DNA of 64,000 nt from an uncultured Sutterella sp. (lineage in GTDB: Bacteria > Pseudomonadota > Gammaproteobacteria > Burkholderiales > Burkholderiaceae_F): positions 26,313 through 90,312 of the forward strand of contig CALXXT010000027.1 of assembly GCA_944392755.1 (NCBI GenBank). Direction: 5' to 3'. Position numbers and translations under genes: made by a program. The notes beneath the pieces are model-generated. The model searched no databases and had not been told where the DNA came from. It saw nothing but the letters and a program-made list of their open reading frames with translations. Positions within the stretch are counted from its first letter, which is position 1. Each line of letters begins with the position of its first letter. This document shows, in pieces, positions 58,822 through 64,000 of the stretch.

Positions 58822-60846
58822 TCAGGCCTCGGCCCCCTTCATCGCCGCCCGCTTCTTGGCCAGAAGCTCGGCGTCGCACTTCGGGCAGAAGTCGTGCCGC
58901 CCGGAGAGGTACCCGTGCTTCGGGCAAATCGAGAAGGTGGGCGTGATCGTGATGTAGGGCAGACGGAAATTCGTCAGCGTTCGGCGGACCAGATCGCGGC
59001 AGGCTTCAGGCGACGAGACCGCCTCGTTCATGTAGAGGTGCAGAACCGTTCCCCCCGTGTACTTGCGCTGAAGGTCGTCCTGACGTTCGAGCGCCTCGAA
59101 GGGGTCGTCCGTGAAGTTCACCGGAAGCTGCGAGCTGTTCGTGTAGTACGGGTTCGAAGGCGTGCCCGCCTGCAGAATGTCGGGGAAGCGCTTTCTGTCT
59201 TCCTTCGCGAAGCGGTAGGTCGTCCCTTCGGCAGGCGTCGCCTCAAGGTTGTACATGTGGTCGGTCTCTTCCTGGAATTCGACGAGCCGCGCGCGCACAT
59301 GGTCGAGGAGCTCAAGCGCAAAGGCGTGGCCGAACTCCGTCGTGATGTCGTCCGTGTCGTCCGTAAAGTTGCGGATCATCTCGTTCACGCCGTTGACGCC
59401 GATCGTCGAGAAATGATTGCGCAGCGTCCCGAGATAGCGCTTCGTGTACGGGAAGAGCCCCTGATCGATGTGGCGCTGAATGACCTTGCGCTTGATTTCA
59501 AGGCTCGTCTTCGCGAGGTCGAGCAGCTCGTCGAGGCGGCGGTAGAGCGCCTCGCGGTCGCCCTTGAAGAGATAGCCGAGGCGCGCGCAGTTGATCGTGA
59601 CGACGCCGAGCGAGCCGGTCTGCTCGGCCGAGCCGAAAAGCCCGTTGCCGCGCTTGAGAAGTTCGCGCAGATCGAGCTGCAGCCGGCAGCACATCGACCG
59701 AATCATGTTGGGCTTCAGCTCCGAATTGATGAAGTTCTGGAAGTACGGCAGCCCGTAGCGCGCCGTCATGTCGAAGAGCGCGTGGGAATTGGGGCTGTCC
59801 CAGTCGAAGTCGGGCGTGATGTTGTATGTCGGAATCGGGAAGGTGAAGACGCGTCCCTTCGAGTCGCCCTTGATCATCACTTCGATGTAGGCGCGGTTGA
59901 TCATGTCCATCTCGGCCTGGAGCTCGCCATAGGTGAAGGGCATCTCCTCGCCGCCGATCACCGGCCGCTGGGGCTTCAGGTCCTCCGGGCAGACCCAATC
60001 GAAGGTGAGATTCGTGAAGGGCGTCTGCGTGCCCCAGCGCGAGGGCACGTTCAGGTTGTAGATCAGCTCCTGAATGCACTGGCGCACCTCCTCGTAGGGC
60101 AGATGATCCTTGCGGATGAAGGGCGCGAGATAGGTGTCGAAGGACGAGAACGCCTGCGCGCCCGCCCACTCGTTCTGCATGGTGCCGAGGAAGTTGACGA
60201 TCTGCCCCGTCGCCGACGAAAGATGCTTCGGGGGATCGGCCTCGATCTTGCCCGGCACGCCGTTGAAGCCCTCCTGAAGGAGCGTGCGCAGGCTCCAACC
60301 CGCGCAGTAGCCGGAGAGCATGTCGAGGTCGTGAATGTGAACGTCCGCTTCCCGATGCGCGCGGCCCACCTCAGGCGGATAAATGTAGTTGAGCCAATAG
60401 TTCGCCGTGACCTTTCCCGAGACGTTCAGAATGAGTCCGCCCAGAGAGTAGCCCTGATTGGCATTGGCGTTGACGCGCCAGTCGAGCTGGTCGAGATATT
60501 CGTTGATGGAGCTCTCGACGTTCACCCAGCTTTTCTTCGCGTCGCGCGCCTTGGCGCGCGACTCGCGGTAGACGATGTAGGCGCGCAGCGTCGTGAAGCA
60601 CCCTTCGTCGAAAAGCGCATGCTCGACCGCATCCTGAATCAGCTCGATGTGAAGCGTGCGGCCGGAATACTCGGCGAGCTTCGGCATCACGCGCTCCTCG
60701 ACGATCGACCGTGCGCGGGCCGAATCGAACTCCTGAGTCGCCTTGCCCGCCTTTTCCACCGCTCGAACGATCTTCGAAACGTCGAAGCTTCGAACCGAAC
60801 CGTCGCGCTTCAGAACATGCTTGGGGAAGAGGACTGAGGACGGCAT
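58822..60846 (-). CDS. nrdD: Class III ribonucleotide reductase catalytic subunit lacking its glycyl-radical tail
   Basis: ATP cone (VLKRDG), HIHDL, SMCCRL, NLEATPAEG, C-terminal CPKH...CPKC. Confidence 0.94.
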   Translation of the reverse strand: MPSSVLFPKHVLKRDGSVRSFDVSKIVRAVEKAGKATQEFDSARARSIVEERVMPKLAEYSGRTLHIELIQDAVEHALFDEGCFTTLRAYIVYRESRAKARDAKKSWVNVESSINEYLDQLDWRVNANANQGYSLGGLILNVSGKVTANYWLNYIYPPEVGRAHREADVHIHDLDMLSGYCAGWSLRTLLQEGFNGVPGKIEADPPKHLSSATGQIVNFLGTMQNEWAGAQAFSSFDTYLAPFIRKDHLPYEEVRQCIQELIYNLNVPSRWGTQTPFTNLTFDWVCPEDLKPQRPVIGGEEMPFTYGELQAEMDMINRAYIEVMIKGDSKGRVFTFPIPTYNITPDFDWDSPNSHALFDMTARYGLPYFQNFINSELKPNMIRSMCCRLQLDLRELLKRGNGLFGSAEQTGSLGVVTINCARLGYLFKGDREALYRRLDELLDLAKTSLEIKRKVIQRHIDQGLFPYTKRYLGTLRNHFSTIGVNGVNEMIRNFTDDTDDITTEFGHAFALELLDHVRARLVEFQEETDHMYNLEATPAEGTTYRFAKEDRKRFPDILQAGTPSNPYYTNSSQLPVNFTDDPFEALERQDDLQRKYTGGTVLHLYMNEAVSSPEACRDLVRRTLTNFRLPYITITPTFSICPKHGYLSGRHDFCPKCDAELLAKKRAAMKGAEA

Positions 60847-60896
60847 ACGGGGCTCCTTGCGGTGTCGATCGGGGGGATGAAAAAGGCTCCTCGACT

Positions 60897-60944
60897 CAAC
60901 AACCTATAGGGACAGACGGATCCGTCCATCACCATAGGTTGGAG
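60897..60944. promoter_or_regulatory. Tandem NrdR boxes
   Basis: Cores CAACCTATAG (60900-60909) and CCATAGGTTG (60932-60941) resemble CwATATATwG, lie 32 bp apart, upstream of nrdD. Confidence 0.7.
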
Positions 60945-61302
60945 GTCGAAGAAGCCGACTCCCCCGAATATAGCAAAGACGGACGCGCGGCAAGATCCCT
61001 CTTTTGGGGAAGGCGAGACGGCCGCCGACGATCGCGCAAGCGCTAAATTTCCGAAATCTCAAGCGATTGCGTCATGATTCCGACAGCATTGCTCGCGTGA
61101 ATGTTTTCCCCTACGCGTTTACGCGCATCCTCAAGACTTTGGGCGCCGACGGGAGAAATCGCTCCTCATCCCATTAATCAGAACTATGGAGCTCATAGCG
61201 AAAGGCTTCGGCCGACGCGGCTTTCCGACGACATCCGCAAAGCCGACGTCAGGACCTTTGAGAACGCAAAATCAAGGCGGCCGAAATTCGTGGTTTCCCT
61301 AA

Positions 61303-61331
61303 TTTGTCATTCAAAGTCCTATCCCTACAAT
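61303..61331 (+). promoter_or_regulatory. Sigma70-type promoter
   Basis: TTGTCA-N16-TACAAT. Confidence 0.6.
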
Positions 61332-61337
61332 TCGCTC

Positions 61338-61519
61338 ACCGAATCTTGCTTTCGGGCCCCACCGGCCCGAATGGCGTGCGTCGACATCGGGTGCTTCCGA
61401 GGGGCCGCACGAGAAAAGGCCGACGGATTCTTCCGTCCTTGGCGCCGTTCTCTGCGGCATGCCGCATCCGCATGTTGTTTTGGTCTGCAGTGCTTTCCAG
61501 TATTGCAGGCCATTTTTTT
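61338..61519 (+). ncRNA. Candidate structured sRNA or terminating leader (about 180 nt)
   Basis: Promoter upstream, several hairpins, 14-bp terminator stem plus T7 at 61481-61519. Confidence 0.5.
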
Positions 61520-61614
61520 GTCCCCGCGGTAAACTCAACCCTAACCTCTTCAAGGCGGCCGGCACGACAGGCGTTCGGCGGCCCTGCTTTTTCTCGACCT
61601 GATCCGACACCTCT

Positions 61615-63474
61615 ATGGCACCGAAGATTCCCGAAAACGCCCGCAAGCGCATTCAGGCGCTCGACGTCCTCACGACGCTTCCCGAGCTCCTGACGCATCA
61701 TCTCAACGTGCGCCCCGACGCCGTGGCCTTCAAGAGCTATCGGAATTCGGAAAAGCGCTGGAAGGACTACACCTTCCGGGAAACGGCGCAGCTCGTGGAA
61801 AGATGGCGGCATGCGCTTGCGGGGCTCGGACTCCCGCGCGGCGCCCGATGCGCGATGCTGCTGCCGAACTGCATCGAGGCCGTGCTCTTCGACCAGGCCG
61901 TGCTCGCGAACGCCTGCGTGCCCGTGCCGCTCCATGCCATCGACACGCCGAAGTCCTCGGCCTACATTCTTCAGGATTCGGGCGCCGAAGTGCTCGTCAC
62001 CAACAAGAAGCTCAAATGGCGGCAGATCCGCGAAGCGGACCCCGAGCTCACGCTCAAGCTCGTCGTCGTGACGGACGACGAAAACGCGGACGACCCCGAT
62101 GCGCCGATCCCGGTGCTCAGTCTCGAGACCTTCCTCGCCCGCACGCCCGACGAGCCGCTTCCGACGGGCCCCGACGCCAACGACCTCGCCGCGCTCGTCT
62201 ACACATCGGGCACGACCGGCCGTCCGAAGGGCGTCATGCTCACGCATCGAAACATTCTTGCGAACATTCGCGGCGTGCTGAAGTCTCTTTGGCCCTCTCG
62301 GGACGAAGAGGTCTTCCTCTCCTTCCTTCCGCTCTCCCACACCTTTGAGCGGACGGCTTCGTACTACCTCTCCCTCGGCCTCGGATACACCACGGCCTTC
62401 AACCGCTCGATTGCGAATCTCGCCGACGACCTGCGCACGATCCGCCCGACGGTGCTGATGTCCGTGCCGCGCGTCTACGACATGATTTACGGAAAGCTGC
62501 GCGACGGCCTGGCCAAAAAGTCGGGTGCAGCCCGAATGATCTTCGACTGGGCCGTCGAGGTGGGCTGGCGGCGGTTCTGCCGCGAAAACGGCCTGCCGGT
62601 CGAATCGAGCATGCGCTCGTGGCTCGACCCCTTCGTCGCCGGATTTCTCGACCGCAAGGTCGGCAAGCTTCTTCGCAGCGTCTTCGGCGACCGGATCGAC
62701 CTCTACATTTCCGGCGGCGCCGCCCTCAACCCATCCGTCGCGAAAGTGTTCCTCGCGCTCGGCGTGCCGATTTACCAGGGCTACGGCATGACGGAGGCGA
62801 GCCCCGTCATCGCCGTGAACGCGATCGGCTCGAACCACCCGAATACGGTCGGTCCGGCGCTCTCGAACCTGGAGGTGCGGCTCTCCGAAGAAGGGGAGCT
62901 TCAGGTCCGCGGGCCCTCGATCATGAAGGGCTACTGGCATCGGGAGGACGCCACGCGCGAAGTGCTCACCGCAGACGGATGGCTTCGCACGGGCGACCAG
63001 GCCGAAATCTATTCCGACGGGCACATCCGCATCACCGGGCGCATCAAGGAGATCATCGTCACCTCGACCGGTGAAAAGGTTCCGCCCGCCGACCTTGAGG
63101 CGGCCATCGAAACGGATCCGCTCTTCTCGCAGGCCATGGTGGTCGGCGACGACCGTCCCTTCATCGCCGCCCTTGCCGTGGTGAACCCCTCCGAATGGGA
63201 GTCGTTCTGCCGCGAACTCGGCCTCGACCCCAAGGATCCCGCTTCCTACGATTCACGCGAAGCGCAGCAGGCGGCCGTCCGCCGCATCAAGCGCGCCGCA
63301 TCGGGCTTCCCCAACTACGGCGTGCCGCGTCAGGTGAAGCTTCTGAGCGAACCCTGGACGATCGAAAACGGAACGCTCACGCCGACGCTCAAGCTCAAGC
63401 GCAACGTCGTCGTGCAGCGTTACCGTGAAGAGATCGAAGCCCTTTACGAGGCGCTCGCCCCAAAGAAGCGCTGA
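61615..63474 (+). CDS. Long-chain fatty acid--CoA ligase (AMP-dependent synthetase)
   Basis: YTSGTTGRPKG, SFLPLSHTFER, GYGMTE, GWLRTGD, TPTLKLKR. Confidence 0.93.
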   Translation: MAPKIPENARKRIQALDVLTTLPELLTHHLNVRPDAVAFKSYRNSEKRWKDYTFRETAQLVERWRHALAGLGLPRGARCAMLLPNCIEAVLFDQAVLANACVPVPLHAIDTPKSSAYILQDSGAEVLVTNKKLKWRQIREADPELTLKLVVVTDDENADDPDAPIPVLSLETFLARTPDEPLPTGPDANDLAALVYTSGTTGRPKGVMLTHRNILANIRGVLKSLWPSRDEEVFLSFLPLSHTFERTASYYLSLGLGYTTAFNRSIANLADDLRTIRPTVLMSVPRVYDMIYGKLRDGLAKKSGAARMIFDWAVEVGWRRFCRENGLPVESSMRSWLDPFVAGFLDRKVGKLLRSVFGDRIDLYISGGAALNPSVAKVFLALGVPIYQGYGMTEASPVIAVNAIGSNHPNTVGPALSNLEVRLSEEGELQVRGPSIMKGYWHREDATREVLTADGWLRTGDQAEIYSDGHIRITGRIKEIIVTSTGEKVPPADLEAAIETDPLFSQAMVVGDDRPFIAALAVVNPSEWESFCRELGLDPKDPASYDSREAQQAAVRRIKRAASGFPNYGVPRQVKLLSEPWTIENGTLTPTLKLKRNVVVQRYREEIEALYEALAPKKR

Positions 63475-63552
63475 GGCTCTCCTCTCGTCCACCCTTACCT
63501 GTCGGGAGGCGCGTTCGAACGTCGCCTCCCGCCCAAGCTTTTGGAGACACAC

Positions 63553-64000
63553 TTGATTCGCCCGCTTTCCGAAGCCATCGCCCGATTTGAAACCATTCCC
63601 GACCTGCTCAAGCGTGCCGTCGCCGCTTGGCCTGAGCGCGAGGCGTTCCGCCAGTTCGACTACCAGGAGAACAACTGGATTTCCACCACCTGGAAGGATT
63701 TCGAAACCGGCGTCATGCGTTGGCGCCGTGCCTTTGCCGCCATGAATCTTCCGCGCGGCAGCCGCGTGGCCATGCTTCTCACGAACTCTGTCGATGCGGT
63801 AATGTTCGACGAAGCCGCGCTCGCCAACGCGCTGGTTCCGGTGCCGCTGCATGCGATCGACACGGCTTGGTCCTCGGCCTACATCCTGCGCGATTCGAAC
63901 AGCGTGTTTCTCGTGACGACCTCCCGAGCGCGCTGGAACGCGATCCGCTCGGCCGGAGCTTTCCCCGACATGAAGCAAGTCGTCTTCACGAATGAAATCG
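63553..64000 (+). CDS. Second acyl-CoA ligase paralog, N-terminal part (runs off window)
   Basis: TTG after GGAG; MIRPLSEAIARFETIPDLL...FDEAALANALVPVPLHAIDT parallels the upstream gene. Confidence 0.85.
   Translation, partial: MIRPLSEAIARFETIPDLLKRAVAAWPEREAFRQFDYQENNWISTTWKDFETGVMRWRRAFAAMNLPRGSRVAMLLTNSVDAVMFDEAALANALVPVPLHAIDTAWSSAYILRDSNSVFLVTTSRARWNAIRSAGAFPDMKQVVFTNEI

Noticed and set aside
58787-58927. Programmed frameshift fusing NrdD to its glycyl-radical tail
   Set aside because: The overlap frame is open, but no clear slippery site is visible and the small ORF has its own RBS, so separate translation is simpler.

Overview
A GC-rich chromosomal window with no integrase, transposase, phage, CRISPR, rRNA or tRNA. 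Gene content suggests an anaerobic gut betaproteobacterium of the Sutterellaceae type (inference). It carries a cluster at 6.6-17.6 kb with two TtrS/TtrR-like two-component systems, three Tat-exported flavocytochrome-c-type flavoproteins with non-fumarate active sites, a tetraheme cytochrome c and an aldo/keto reductase. Other content: a lower-GC pdxT-pdxS-pdxR island, metQ, fhs, Rrf2/XRE/LysR regulators, a TolC-MFP-RND pump, tatD, an rlhA-like U32 gene, smpB/rnfH, a Gammaproteobacteria-style leuABCD, a PiT transporter, HU, a split class III ribonucleotide reductase with tandem NrdR boxes, and tandem acyl-CoA ligases. The best leads are three structured non-coding elements (an anti-Shine-Dalgarno sRNA candidate at about 25.6-25.9 kb, a promoter-to-terminator RNA at about 61.3-61.5 kb, and a switch-like metQ leader), the sensor-regulator-flavoprotein modules, the split glycyl-radical NrdD and a 17-aa repeat exported protein. 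All calls come from motif recognition by eye; no database search was run.
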